From IMG/VR virus record IMGVR_UViG_3300007633_000001: a DNA stretch of 54,624 nucleotides. One strand, written 5' to 3'. This document shows, in pieces, positions 1-10,303 of the stretch. How positions within the stretch are numbered: position 1 is the stretch's first letter; the number at the start of each line of letters is the position of its first letter. Source of the stretch: an uncultured virus (IMG/VR IMGVR_UViG_3300007633_000001). Its lineage: Duplodnaviria; Heunggongvirae; Uroviricota; Caudoviricetes. A model generated the notes under the pieces. That model was given only the letters and a program-made list of their open reading frames with translations, had not been told where the DNA came from and made no database searches. Both the position numbers and the translations under genes were made by a program.

Positions 1-2
1 AA

Positions 3-389
3 AAGACTTATATTGATATTCATAGTGGCTCTGTACCTCAAGATATAGGAGATACAGTAGAAGTCTTCAGATATCAAGTGGATGATAATCCTGATGCTTT
101 TTGCTCAAAAGGACTTCATGTTTGCTTATGGGATTATGCTATGAGCTTTGGAGGTTCTAGATCTACAATCCTTAATGTTTCTGTAAGTCCTGAGGATTGG
201 GTATCTGTTCCAAGTGATAATACTCAAAAGGCTAGAGTTAGTAAATATACAATACAAAGTGTTAATACTAACTCTAGGGCTTATAACTCTGCCGTAGCTC
301 CCGAAGAAACTAGTTATTCCTATAAAGATTATTGGGGATATGAAGATGATGAAGATGATGATGAGGATACAGAATTTGAAAGTTGGTAG
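3..389 (+). CDS. rIIB: RIIB-like protein (C-terminal part; gene starts upstream of the window)
   Basis: Frame is open from base 3 (KTYIDIHSGSVPQDIGDTVEVFRYQVDDNPDAFCSKGLHV...VSPEDWVSVPSD..KARVSKY), matching the conserved rIIB C-terminal motifs. The track start at 78 is internal. Acidic tail. Confidence 0.85.
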   Translation, partial: KTYIDIHSGSVPQDIGDTVEVFRYQVDDNPDAFCSKGLHVCLWDYAMSFGGSRSTILNVSVSPEDWVSVPSDNTQKARVSKYTIQSVNTNSRAYNSAVAPEETSYSYKDYWGYEDDEDDDEDTEFESW

Positions 390-511
390 ATAATATCAAT
401 CTTTATAGTTACATTATTTTGGAATAGCTTTAATATCCATTTGTTAATATTTATTTATCATTTATTACTAAGTTCATATCTTTGTTAATTATTTCAGGAG
501 ATAATAATAAG

Positions 512-2875
512 ATGGCTAAAGTACATATTCCATATTCTGGAGTTGCTACTAACTTTGGTGAAAAGACGGCTTTAAGAATTGATCCTAAGAACATTGAGAA
601 GATGTTCTACATGATAACGGAAGCACCTTATAGAGATCCACTAGGTACTGTAATAAGAGAATATCTTTCTAATGCAGTAGATGAGCATGTTAATTTAGAT
701 ATAGATAAGCCTATAGAAGTTAACTTACCTAATAACTTTGAACCTAATCTAACAATAAGAGATTACGGTAGAGGTATGACTCGAGAGTTTGTAGAAGAAG
801 TTTTTTGTTCATTCGGCTCTACCACTAAAAATGAAAGTAATAAAGCCATTGGGGGATGGGGTGTAGGTGGTAAGTCTTTTGCTGCTTTAACTGATGAAAT
901 ATTGATATCTACTATTAAAGACGGATACAAGACTATCTTCGTAATGTATAAAGATGACAAGATAGCTCTTGGGTATAACATTCTTTCTCATTCTAAAACT
1001 GATGAGGCTAACGGCACCTTAGTTAATATAAGCATAAGTGATTCTTTAATAAAAAAATGTGAAAAGAAAGTAGCTTATTGGACTAGATACTTAACTATTC
1101 CAATAAAAATATCACCACCTTTAACTAGAGATTTCTATCCTAAATTAAAGGATGAAGATATGTTATATAATCAAGACTCCTGGAAATTATATAATTCAAA
1201 AGGTTCTAATTATGAAGAATCACTTTTAATTTTGATTGGAGGATTGCCTTACCCTGTTGATGATCCTTCAAGTACTTTAAATATTGAGACATATTTATCA
1301 TCAGAGAAATATCATAAAACCTTTAGGAGCTTATTAGGTTCGTACTTTTCTAGATATAAGTTATTGTTAAACTTTGAACCTGGCGTACTTGATTTAACAG
1401 TAGGTAGAGAAGATTTAAGATATTCTGATAGAACTATTAAAGCTATTGTTGGTAAGATAGAAGAAGTTATAGACTATGTAAGAGGAGATTTATTAAAGCT
1501 TATAGAAGGATGTGATAATATATGGGAGGCTTCGCTACAGTCTACAGATATAATTAAGTTATTTAGAGTTGAATATAAAGGATCCGAATTACTAGATCAT
1601 TCTCCTAAATTTAAATTTATATATCGGATTTATTTATCTACCTCTGATAGTGTATTAAAGAGAAATAGATCTTATATTCCTTGCAGTCGTGAAAATATTA
1701 TTGTTTACGATGATTTATTAGAGAGTAATCCTGATCTATCCCGATCAAAATATAAGAAGAGTTTATCCTCCAGACTAAAAAGAGTCTATAAGGAAACCAA
1801 TGATAAATCTCATCCTTATTGTGATAAGAATCTTTATTTTATAGATTCAGATTCTGATATTACTGATGAATGGTTAGAATACCTAAACCCTCTAAAAGCT
1901 TCTGCTTTGCCCGAATATCAAGTTACTGTTTCAAGTAGTACCACTAAATCTCATACTAATAAGAGTACTAAAGTCACCCCTTTGTCTAATGTGTTGTCTG
2001 TTCAGGATAATGAAATTATATTAAGAGAATGGAAAGGTAGTTATATAGAAAACTCTCCTTTATTATGGAAATATTGTTCTTCTATTAAACTAGAGAAATC
2101 TAAGGTTGAAGGTCTATATCTATTATGTAATAGAGGAAATCTAGTAATACCTAATATTGAAGAGAACGACCTCTTAAATTCAATACTTTTAACCTCTAAT
2201 AATTATAAAGTTATTAATAATATAATGTCGTTTAGTAAAGAGGTGTACGATAAGAGAACTCTTTATCTTATTAGAGAAAGTGATTTAAAAGAACTAAACA
2301 ACAGTGGAGCTAAGTTAGTTAGCTTTATAGATTTCTTTAACGATAGCTATGCTCCTTTAGGGAAACTTCGTTCACTGATGGTCTATATTAATAAATTTGA
2401 TTGTAATACAGCACTTGATTTTGTATCGTCTTTAGGTTTCCTTTTTGAATATTATAAAGATGATAATATTCAAGTACCGGATTGGATAAACTTTTACGCT
2501 TTGTTTGCCGAAGCTATTAAGAATATGAAACACAAGTCTTCTTCTTCGAATATTATAGTTCTTAATAGTAAAGATAAATCTAGAGAGCGAAGTGCTAGAA
2601 TCATAAAAATAATATTAGAGAGGATTACAAAGTTATGTTTTTTGAAAGTGATATCTTATAGTGATGCTTATTCCTATCGAAATTCTTTTAGTTTTGAGAA
2701 AACTATAAGGTCTTCGTCTGAGTTAAAGTCTTTCTTGTCTTTAATAAATTACGATTACGAAAATAATGTCAAGGGAAAAAATTTACCTTTTAACGGAGAT
2801 GTTGATAAAGTAATAGATCTTTTATTTGAAACACTAAATATTAATGAGACTAATAAAAAGTATCTCTTAAGTTAA
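512..2875 (+). CDS. rIIA: RIIA-like protein, copy 1 (GHKL/HSP90-like ATPase N-domain)
   Basis: REYLSNAVDEH, IRDYGRGM, STTK, GGWGVGGKS and DLTVGREDL motifs; adjacent to rIIB. ATG at 512 follows AGGAG (496-500) and matches the paralog start MAKVHIPYS. Confidence 0.85.
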   Translation: MAKVHIPYSGVATNFGEKTALRIDPKNIEKMFYMITEAPYRDPLGTVIREYLSNAVDEHVNLDIDKPIEVNLPNNFEPNLTIRDYGRGMTREFVEEVFCSFGSTTKNESNKAIGGWGVGGKSFAALTDEILISTIKDGYKTIFVMYKDDKIALGYNILSHSKTDEANGTLVNISISDSLIKKCEKKVAYWTRYLTIPIKISPPLTRDFYPKLKDEDMLYNQDSWKLYNSKGSNYEESLLILIGGLPYPVDDPSSTLNIETYLSSEKYHKTFRSLLGSYFSRYKLLLNFEPGVLDLTVGREDLRYSDRTIKAIVGKIEEVIDYVRGDLLKLIEGCDNIWEASLQSTDIIKLFRVEYKGSELLDHSPKFKFIYRIYLSTSDSVLKRNRSYIPCSRENIIVYDDLLESNPDLSRSKYKKSLSSRLKRVYKETNDKSHPYCDKNLYFIDSDSDITDEWLEYLNPLKASALPEYQVTVSSSTTKSHTNKSTKVTPLSNVLSVQDNEIILREWKGSYIENSPLLWKYCSSIKLEKSKVEGLYLLCNRGNLVIPNIEENDLLNSILLTSNNYKVINNIMSFSKEVYDKRTLYLIRESDLKELNNSGAKLVSFIDFFNDSYAPLGKLRSLMVYINKFDCNTALDFVSSLGFLFEYYKDDNIQVPDWINFYALFAEAIKNMKHKSSSSNIIVLNSKDKSRERSARIIKIILERITKLCFLKVISYSDAYSYRNSFSFEKTIRSSSELKSFLSLINYDYENNVKGKNLPFNGDVDKVIDLLFETLNINETNKKYLLS

Positions 2876-2959
2876 GATAAACATATATATATATATATTT
2901 ATTTATTACTACTATTATTAAAATTTGAAGATATTTAACATTAATTTGCGGAGCATATA

Positions 2960-5341
2960 ATGGCTAAAGTTCATATTCCATATAGTGAAGCTACTACAAA
3001 CTTTAATAATACCAAAGCTTTAAGTATTGATGAAGCTAACAGAAATAAATTGATTTATATGGTGACAGAAGCACCATATAAAAACCCATTAGGGACAGTA
3101 GTAAGAGAATATCTTTCTAATGCATTAGATGAACACGTGTCTATGGATATAGATAGACCAATAGATATATTTACTCCTAATACATTAGATTCAACTCTAA
3201 CAATAAGAGATTATGGTAGAGGTATGGATAGAGAATTCATTGAGAACGTCTTCTGTTCCTTTGGTTGTACTACTAAAGAGAATAGTGACAAAGCTATTGG
3301 AGGATGGGGTGTAGGTGGTAAGTCTTTTGCTGCTTTAACTGACGAAATATTAATATCTACCATACATAACGGAACTAAAATAGTTTTTACTATGTATAAA
3401 GATAAAGACATATCCATAGGATATAATATTTTATCGGAGACTATTACAGAGGAATCGAATGGAACGACCGTAAGAATTTATATTGACAAGAATCAACATA
3501 CAAAGTGCATAGAAGAAGTAGCCTATTGGACGGAATATTTACCAAAGCCTGTTAACATTCAGCCGCCATTAGAGGCTTCTCATAGTTCATATAAACATGT
3601 GGACAATACAATAGTTACTACTGGAAGCAATTGGAAAATATTAAGAGCTAATAATTACTATAAAGGTTATGGTTATCAAGGGGAATGTGGTTATAGAAAT
3701 TTAATTGTTGTGCTAATAGGAGGATTAAAGTATTCTATAAATTCATTAAACGTATTATTTACAGAGAACAATCCCTATCTAACCGAAGATGATATAAGTG
3801 TACTAAAAGCTTTAGGTACATCTTACTTATTAGGATATCAGATAATAATTAACTTTGATCCTGGAGTTTTAGATTTAACGGTAGGTAGAGAAGATTTAAG
3901 ATTCTCTGAAAAGACTATCAACATATTGTCTAAAGAATTAAATAAAGTTCTATCAGAAATAAGAGAATCTCTAACCAATATTACTAATGCTAAAGATAAT
4001 ATTTGGCAGGCCTCTTTATTCTCATCTATTTTAACTAGGACTTTTTCTATTAAATATAAAGGGCTTAAATTACTTTCATGTAGTCCTTCAATTAAGAATT
4101 TATATGAAGTAACACTATCTTGTGATAATCGTGTAATAAAGAAAGAGCAGCCATATATAAAAACAAGTAATAAAAATCCATATATTGTTTATGATGACTT
4201 GCTAGAAGTAGATCCTAATTTATCAAACAACAAAAGGGTTAGAAGTTTAAACTCTAGATTGAGAAGATTCTTTAATGATAACAATCTTACTTACATATAT
4301 TTAATAGGGGAAGGGAATGATATAAAAGATGATTGGAAGGAGATGTTAGATCCCGTAATGGTATCTACTCTACCACTAAGTGAAAAAAAGGTTAGAGTTA
4401 AAAAGAAAGGAGCTAAAAGTAATAACAGTTCTAATACCACAAACAGGCAATTAAAACCTTCTAATGACAATTTAATAGTAGTTAGGAAATGGTTAGGTAA
4501 TTACTGTACTGACTCTATGAATTTATGGAAGTATTGTAAGCCAGTAGAGATCGATCCTAAATCGATTAAAGCCTTTTATCTTATAACTAACCGTGGGTCT
4601 TTAAAGAATAAAAAGGGTGAGCTTACGATAGACTTCAGTAAAGAGTTCAAAAAATTATCTATTATTGAGGAGAACATTGTTCAAGCTAGTTTTGATATAG
4701 CTAGAACTTTAAAAGGATATAAAGAATATAAAGATCTATTTTTGATAAAAGAGAATCAAAGAGACAAGTTGATAAAAGAAGGGGCAGGATTAATTGAGTT
4801 TACAGACTTCATTAAGACCGTAACAGTAGATATAATAGCTCTTGGTCAATGTATAGAAAAGTCTAACTGTATAGAAATATACTTTGTACAATTCCTCAAA
4901 GAGTTAGGAGATAAATATAAATTTTCAGTTAACTTATATCCTGACTGGTTAAAGTTTTATATAGAGCTTACTGAAAGAATTGAAAGTGTAAAATCAAAGA
5001 CACACTATATTGTTCAGAAAAGTGGTGTTTACATTTATCGTAAAGCTAAACCAATAAATTGTGACAACTTAATATTTAATACGTTTAAGAGAGTAGGTAA
5101 GTTATCTATATTTAACCTTCTTATTCGTCATGACAATTCATACAATAAGAGGTTTGATCAGATACTATATAAGTATGTTGATACGCCTAAAAAGTTTAAG
5201 GATTTTATAGAACTGTTGGACTTTGACTTTAAACAAAGAACTCAAAAAATTCCTTTTGATGGAGACGTTAATAAGTATATAGACTATCTTTTAGAGATAG
5301 CCAGCTTACACAATGAGGCATTAGAATATATTAAAAATTAG
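2960..5341 (+). CDS. rIIA: RIIA-like protein, copy 2
   Basis: Full-length paralog of 512..2875 with the same GHKL motifs; GGAG upstream of the ATG. Confidence 0.85.
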   Translation: MAKVHIPYSEATTNFNNTKALSIDEANRNKLIYMVTEAPYKNPLGTVVREYLSNALDEHVSMDIDRPIDIFTPNTLDSTLTIRDYGRGMDREFIENVFCSFGCTTKENSDKAIGGWGVGGKSFAALTDEILISTIHNGTKIVFTMYKDKDISIGYNILSETITEESNGTTVRIYIDKNQHTKCIEEVAYWTEYLPKPVNIQPPLEASHSSYKHVDNTIVTTGSNWKILRANNYYKGYGYQGECGYRNLIVVLIGGLKYSINSLNVLFTENNPYLTEDDISVLKALGTSYLLGYQIIINFDPGVLDLTVGREDLRFSEKTINILSKELNKVLSEIRESLTNITNAKDNIWQASLFSSILTRTFSIKYKGLKLLSCSPSIKNLYEVTLSCDNRVIKKEQPYIKTSNKNPYIVYDDLLEVDPNLSNNKRVRSLNSRLRRFFNDNNLTYIYLIGEGNDIKDDWKEMLDPVMVSTLPLSEKKVRVKKKGAKSNNSSNTTNRQLKPSNDNLIVVRKWLGNYCTDSMNLWKYCKPVEIDPKSIKAFYLITNRGSLKNKKGELTIDFSKEFKKLSIIEENIVQASFDIARTLKGYKEYKDLFLIKENQRDKLIKEGAGLIEFTDFIKTVTVDIIALGQCIEKSNCIEIYFVQFLKELGDKYKFSVNLYPDWLKFYIELTERIESVKSKTHYIVQKSGVYIYRKAKPINCDNLIFNTFKRVGKLSIFNLLIRHDNSYNKRFDQILYKYVDTPKKFKDFIELLDFDFKQRTQKIPFDGDVNKYIDYLLEIASLHNEALEYIKN

Positions 5342-5366
5342 TACTATTATATTAGTGTGATTATTG

Positions 5367-5405
5367 ATAGACTGATTATATGTTCATTTAATATAATCAG
5401 TCTAT
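5367..5405. terminator. Perfect 15-bp hairpin downstream of rIIA-2
   Basis: atagactgattatat (5367-5381) pairs with atataatcagtctat (5391-5405). Confidence 0.6.
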
Positions 5406-5451
5406 TGTCTATAATGCAAATAAGTATAATGGATGTAGTCAAGGAAAGTTA

Positions 5452-6312
5452 ATGCGTATACCAAGTGGATTTCTCGGCCTAATACTTGATGTTATTCTGT
5501 TTACTATTTTAATTAGTATATTTAGTTCTACTCTAGGTAGTTTTTTAGATGTATCTAATATAAGGGTTAATGCAGCAAGTCAAGAAACCTCTGTAGTAGA
5601 ATCAGCAATAAACAATTCAGATATTATTGATAAGGAACCTAAGTTAGTTTCTAAGGGATTTGACGAATTACCTAAAGACTTATTTATAAATAATAAGAGT
5701 CAAGGTTTTATAGCTATATGTGCAGCTGAAGGTAATTGTTATATAGGAAACAACGGGACCTTAACTTTTAGTGAGTCTTATGGTCAACATAAAGATCCTG
5801 CTAATTTTGTTACTAATTATGGTGGATGTAGTCAACAAACACCAGAACCAGGCTTAATTGGAGATGCAGCCTGCTTAGCAAGATTTAAGAGACATCAGCC
5901 TAAATCGATAAGATACTTAAATCAGTATTTTGGAGACAAAGATCTTAGTTATACTGAAAAGGTTTTACTACTCTACAATACTATGGATTTATTTAATCAG
6001 GCTAGTCCTGTACATGCTCCTAGATTTGTAGAAGAAATAGACTATTTGATAAATACATCTAGTAAGAGTATTGATGAAGAAACTATAGCTATTGCTAGAA
6101 CTAATGCTTTTTATATAAGTACTTTTAGTAGATATAAAGGAAACTATGCTACTGGTTTAATAAGCATTTGTCAAAGAGAGAACAGAGATGGATCTTCTAT
6201 GGGTATCAATAATTCTGGTAATAGATACAATATGGAATACTGGGATTGTGTTTATAAAGATCAGTTAAGGAGAGTGAAGCAAATAGATAGAACAGTTAGA
6301 TTGTACAAATAA
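5452..6312 (+). CDS. Membrane-anchored lysozyme-like protein (putative peptidoglycan hydrolase)
   Basis: N-terminal TM helix. AICAAEG...YGQHKDPAN..NYG..S.Q, DLFNQA and DQLRR resemble a cyanobacterial family I recall as AIGxAEG..YYGHxDPGN. Recognised by eye. Confidence 0.45.
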   Translation: MRIPSGFLGLILDVILFTILISIFSSTLGSFLDVSNIRVNAASQETSVVESAINNSDIIDKEPKLVSKGFDELPKDLFINNKSQGFIAICAAEGNCYIGNNGTLTFSESYGQHKDPANFVTNYGGCSQQTPEPGLIGDAACLARFKRHQPKSIRYLNQYFGDKDLSYTEKVLLLYNTMDLFNQASPVHAPRFVEEIDYLINTSSKSIDEETIAIARTNAFYISTFSRYKGNYATGLISICQRENRDGSSMGINNSGNRYNMEYWDCVYKDQLRRVKQIDRTVRLYK

Positions 6313-6342
6313 AAGACTAATACGGTTTAGGTAAATAAGATT

Positions 6343-7110
6343 ATGGACTTTTTAAATGTAGGGAAAAACTTTACCACTCTTTTAAAAGGATTAAAAGAAT
6401 ATTTCTTTGAAGGAGTCATAGTGATTTTATTATTATCAATGGCTACTAGGAACATATTAAATATACTTAGTATATTTAATATCCCAACTACAGTACAGAC
6501 ATGGGACGAAGTTATTAAGCGAGACGAATCGTGGTTAACTAGTGAAGATTGGTTAGAGGGGTTTTATTGTGAGACTGAAGACCAAGATTCTTGTAGAAGT
6601 AGAACTTTAGAAGATTCTTTTGATCAGTGGCTCATTCATCTTTTTAATGATAAACCTGCTGTTGGAGAATTAGGATTAATCCCTGTAACAAGAGAGAACT
6701 TAAAACGACTACAATTAATAAGAGCAATAAATGATTCTAATCAAGGGAGAGTAATAGCCGATTCTGATGTATGTAAATCTGTTTCAGAATGTCAAGATCA
6801 ATATTTATTAGGTTTAATACGAGAAGCTAATGCTACCGAAGACCCGGATGAATTATTAAACATTCTGGTAAGAGCAGACGTTCTTGTGGAACTTATGTTA
6901 TTAGATCCTGGTCGTTCTAATGAAAGAATAGTACAACCTCCGTCTAATTCTTCTACTTTGACAGTTTTAGCTATTAATGCTATGTTAAGAGATATAAATA
7001 GTTCTAGACTAAGGACACCTGAAGGCGAGTTTAATAACAGAATTAGGCAGCGTATTGAAGAGAAAAGAAATAATAATCAAGATTTCATAGACGGATTTAA
7101 TTCTAATTAA
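6343..7110 (+). CDS. Hypothetical membrane-anchored protein
   Basis: 255-aa ORF with an N-terminal hydrophobic segment and Cys pairs. Confidence 0.6.
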   Translation: MDFLNVGKNFTTLLKGLKEYFFEGVIVILLLSMATRNILNILSIFNIPTTVQTWDEVIKRDESWLTSEDWLEGFYCETEDQDSCRSRTLEDSFDQWLIHLFNDKPAVGELGLIPVTRENLKRLQLIRAINDSNQGRVIADSDVCKSVSECQDQYLLGLIREANATEDPDELLNILVRADVLVELMLLDPGRSNERIVQPPSNSSTLTVLAINAMLRDINSSRLRTPEGEFNNRIRQRIEEKRNNNQDFIDGFNSN

Positions 7111-7286
7111 TATGCTGTTTAACCTCTTTTCAACAATTAATGAATCTTACTTGCTTCGCTAATTTTGCTTAATATGTATATATTTATTTATATGAAGTTA
7201 AGAAATCTTATAAATAATCTTTATATAAATAAATATACATTCATTCTTTTCACTATACATTTAGAAATTTGATAGGGGTATGAACT

Positions 7287-7619
7287 ATGTTTACCAAATG
7301 GTTATCCAATAAAAAAACAAGAAGGACGGTTTATGTTGTATATATTGGTAGTGTTTTGTTAGCTGAGTTTATTATTATTAATCCTTTACAAAGAATTAGT
7401 TTGACTCCTAAAAGAATACATACCCCGGAACTTGAGTTGCTTTCTGAGGCTCAAGGTAGAGATTATTATATAGAATACGTACCTAATGAGTCAAAGCTTC
7501 TATATGTTGCTATCAGAATGATACTGTCATTACACGCAGCTTATCTGTCCATTTCTATTTTGAAGCAAATTATGTTTACTAAAAGTAATTTACCAAATAA
7601 TGAGGTTAGCAAAATATGA
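7287..7619 (+). CDS. Small two-TM membrane protein
   Basis: Two hydrophobic segments, basic N-terminus; AGGGG upstream; ATGA overlap with the next gene. Confidence 0.6.
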   Translation: MFTKWLSNKKTRRTVYVVYIGSVLLAEFIIINPLQRISLTPKRIHTPELELLSEAQGRDYYIEYVPNESKLLYVAIRMILSLHAAYLSISILKQIMFTKSNLPNNEVSKI

Positions 7620-8161
7620 GTTCCCCAGATCCGTTAGCAGAGAGACTTGCACAAATGTCACAAAACAAATCATCAGGGTCACAACCCTCTAATAGCCCTA
7701 AAAGAAGTGGAGGAGGCGGAGGTAGTAGTAAAGTGAATAATTCAGCTAAAGATTTATCTAAAGATAACAATTCAGTATTTCTCGCTCTTAAAATATTATT
7801 TTATTCTCTTCTTAGTCCTAAGAAAGTAATACTATCTCTTTGGGTCGCTTATAAATGGTACGCTGTTTTTGTTCTTAGTATTGGTGTATTCCTTCTTGCT
7901 GGAGACCATATATTTAGATATGAACAGATTGTGAAGGAAGAAGTGCCTTGGGAGTTAAAACCTTTTGATGTTACTTTCGAAGGGATTAGGTACCTTGGTG
8001 AGGAAACTATGGACTTCTTAGGAACTAGTACCTCTGTCGTTAGGCCTTCTAACCAAGTTGATTATTTACAACCTACCCCTGAAAATAGTAATACTAGGAT
8101 AGAGAGAGCAACTTTATCTACTGAAGAAAGAGCCTTATTAGAAGTACTAAATGGAGAATAA
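7616..8161 (+). CDS. Membrane protein with Ser/Gly-rich N-terminus
   Basis: Low-complexity N-terminus and central hydrophobic segments; translationally coupled to the previous gene. Confidence 0.65.
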   Translation: MSSPDPLAERLAQMSQNKSSGSQPSNSPKRSGGGGGSSKVNNSAKDLSKDNNSVFLALKILFYSLLSPKKVILSLWVAYKWYAVFVLSIGVFLLAGDHIFRYEQIVKEEVPWELKPFDVTFEGIRYLGEETMDFLGTSTSVVRPSNQVDYLQPTPENSNTRIERATLSTEERALLEVLNGE

Positions 8162-8187
8162 ATATGAAGTAAAAGTAACTAAATATT

Positions 8188-8232
8188 TGGAATTAGATAG
8201 TTATATTTATTTAAAGTAACTATCTAATTCCA
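8188..8232. terminator. Perfect 16-bp hairpin
   Basis: tggaattagatagtta (8188-8203) pairs with taactatctaattcca (8217-8232). Confidence 0.6.
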
Positions 8233-8262
8233 TATTTATTATGAGAGTTAAAAATAGAAGAA

Positions 8263-8868
8263 ATGATTGGACTTATCGATTTTATTAGTAAGGGTTTGAG
8301 GTGTTGTTGTGTTTTTCTAACCTTGTTAATCGCAATAGGTGTGTTCTTCGGTAATGAAGAATTACCATTTAATTACACGTATTTATATTATTCAGTTCAA
8401 AGTGTTAGTTTTGAGAGCATATCGATGTATGTAAAAGGTTCTTACACTTTTGTTAACGACTTTATTACTACAGGTAAAAGAGAAGAAGATATGGAAACGG
8501 ACATAGAGAACAATCCAAATGAAGTTTTGTCTAATATTATTACTGAACCATTGGGGTCTATAGATCCTAACATTAATGACATTGTAAATAAGGATTGTTT
8601 ATATCCAGCTTCTTTAGATAATATTTTTAGTACTAATCAATGGGGGTCTTATAAGACTAATTATAAACAGTTAGATCTTGAGGACACTATATTGGAACTG
8701 GGGATTTATCATTGCGTTTTAATATCTCTAGACAATGGTACTAATTCGGAATCAACTTATAGATGGATTGGTAAAGAAGATAATACCTCCAACTATGTAA
8801 TTCTAAACATTGTATTTGGTCTAGATAATAAACCTACAAAAGTCGAACTAATTCCGGTTATGTATTAA
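8263..8868 (+). CDS. Hypothetical membrane-anchored protein
   Basis: N-terminal TM helix; stop lies 1 nt before the M23 gene. Confidence 0.6.
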   Translation: MIGLIDFISKGLRCCCVFLTLLIAIGVFFGNEELPFNYTYLYYSVQSVSFESISMYVKGSYTFVNDFITTGKREEDMETDIENNPNEVLSNIITEPLGSIDPNINDIVNKDCLYPASLDNIFSTNQWGSYKTNYKQLDLEDTILELGIYHCVLISLDNGTNSESTYRWIGKEDNTSNYVILNIVFGLDNKPTKVELIPVMY

Positions 8869-8869
8869 G

Positions 8870-9610
8870 ATGAGGAATAATTTACAGGATTCTTTTTTCA
8901 TTAACGTTTGGTTAACAAGATTATTCTTAATAATATTTATTCTTTTTATAACTAGTAATGGAGGATCTAGTTTCATACAAAATAACTTTAACCCTTCTAT
9001 TATTTCAACAACTTTCTCTCAAGCACCTTCAGTTTTAGTAAATAGTGATAAGTCTAATACTGAAACAGTATTAGCAACTAATAAAGACACTAATAGCAAC
9101 AATACTTTTTTATCAGCTAATAAACTAACTGATTTATTAGATACTATGAAAAAGTCCCCTAAACTAAAAGTGAATGATATTGTAAAAGGATTTAGAGTAA
9201 CTTCTATTATGGGACCTAGAAATATACAGAACTGTCCTCAGTGTAGTAGATACCATAGAGGCATAGATTTAGCTATGCCTACAGGAGTACCTTTAGCGGC
9301 ACCCGGATTAAAAGGACAGAATATTAAGATAACAAAAGAGAACCAAAAGTTAGGAGGAATAGTATGTAGAGTCTTTTATGAGGATTCAGTTAGTAAACAA
9401 GTATTTCCTGTTGTTTATACATATGCTCATATGAGTAAGTGTAATGAAGGAAAATACACTATACCTACTATAGTAGGATTTTCTGGTAATACTGGAGGAG
9501 CAACTACAGGGCCTCACTTACATTTAGGTATGACTATATCTGGTAATCTGGTTCAACCGGACAGAGTATCTATTACACAGATTTTAGATACTAGTTTTAT
9601 GGGACAATAA
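8870..9610 (+). CDS. M23 family metallo-endopeptidase with N-terminal anchor
   Basis: HRGID (HxxxD), YAHM and GNTG..TGPHLH (HxH) zinc motifs are intact. Confidence 0.9.
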   Translation: MRNNLQDSFFINVWLTRLFLIIFILFITSNGGSSFIQNNFNPSIISTTFSQAPSVLVNSDKSNTETVLATNKDTNSNNTFLSANKLTDLLDTMKKSPKLKVNDIVKGFRVTSIMGPRNIQNCPQCSRYHRGIDLAMPTGVPLAAPGLKGQNIKITKENQKLGGIVCRVFYEDSVSKQVFPVVYTYAHMSKCNEGKYTIPTIVGFSGNTGGATTGPHLHLGMTISGNLVQPDRVSITQILDTSFMGQ

Positions 9611-9691
9611 AAGAGCTATAAGAATTTAATTTTGACTTATAATGATAATTTAACAACGCATTGCAATAATGAATAGTCTAATTAATAAATA

Positions 9692-10036
9692 ATGAATACT
9701 ACAGACACACTAACAATCGAACAGATTATCGACAGCATTATCGATAGATATGTTGAAATAAATCTGGAGGGAACCAAAGAAGCTTTAAAAGAGTTTGATG
9801 AAGACAAAAGAGCATTTTTAGGATATCTAATAAATAGAGTAAGGGAAGCTAATAAAAGTGGTCTAGTAATTAGTGATCAACAGTTGATTGAATGGTTTAC
9901 ATCAGTAAATAGTTCAACTGAAAAGAAAATACCATTTAGTTTGATACTACAAAAATCGGAGTCAGGAATTAATGATAATTTAGTTCATGGAGCTCTAGAT
10001 AAAAATATCATGGAAATAAGAAATTCTAGATTATAG
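9692..10036 (+). CDS. Hypothetical protein
   Basis: 114-aa ORF. Confidence 0.55.
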   Translation: MNTTDTLTIEQIIDSIIDRYVEINLEGTKEALKEFDEDKRAFLGYLINRVREANKSGLVISDQQLIEWFTSVNSSTEKKIPFSLILQKSESGINDNLVHGALDKNIMEIRNSRL

Positions 10037-10084
10037 AATTTATTACATATTTTGGGAGATTATAAATTGTAAGATAATAACTAA

Positions 10085-10224
10085 CCTGTAGTTAACAAGT
10101 GTCTGTGACAATTACATATTTATGTTTTTTATCTTGTTAATGAAAATAATAATTATCAGTAAACATAAATATCCACAAATCAAATAGATTTATTTAGTTG
10201 ATGATACTATAAGTTAACTACAGG
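10085..10224. repeat. Nested inverted repeats in a 267-bp intergenic region
   Basis: cctgtagttaac (10085-10096) pairs with gttaactacagg (10213-10224) and encloses atatttatgttt (10116-10127) / aaacataaatat (10161-10172). Confidence 0.75.
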
Positions 10225-10303
10225 ACTTTTTGTTTTATAAAGGATGGTAAAAGTCTTTTTACATAGACATAGATGTTAAAATGTTCTTTATTCGCTAATA
10301 AAA

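Noticed and set aside
763..3417. Similar minus-strand ORFs 763..981 and 3211..3417
   Set aside because: They are antisense shadows of the conserved rIIA ATPase region.
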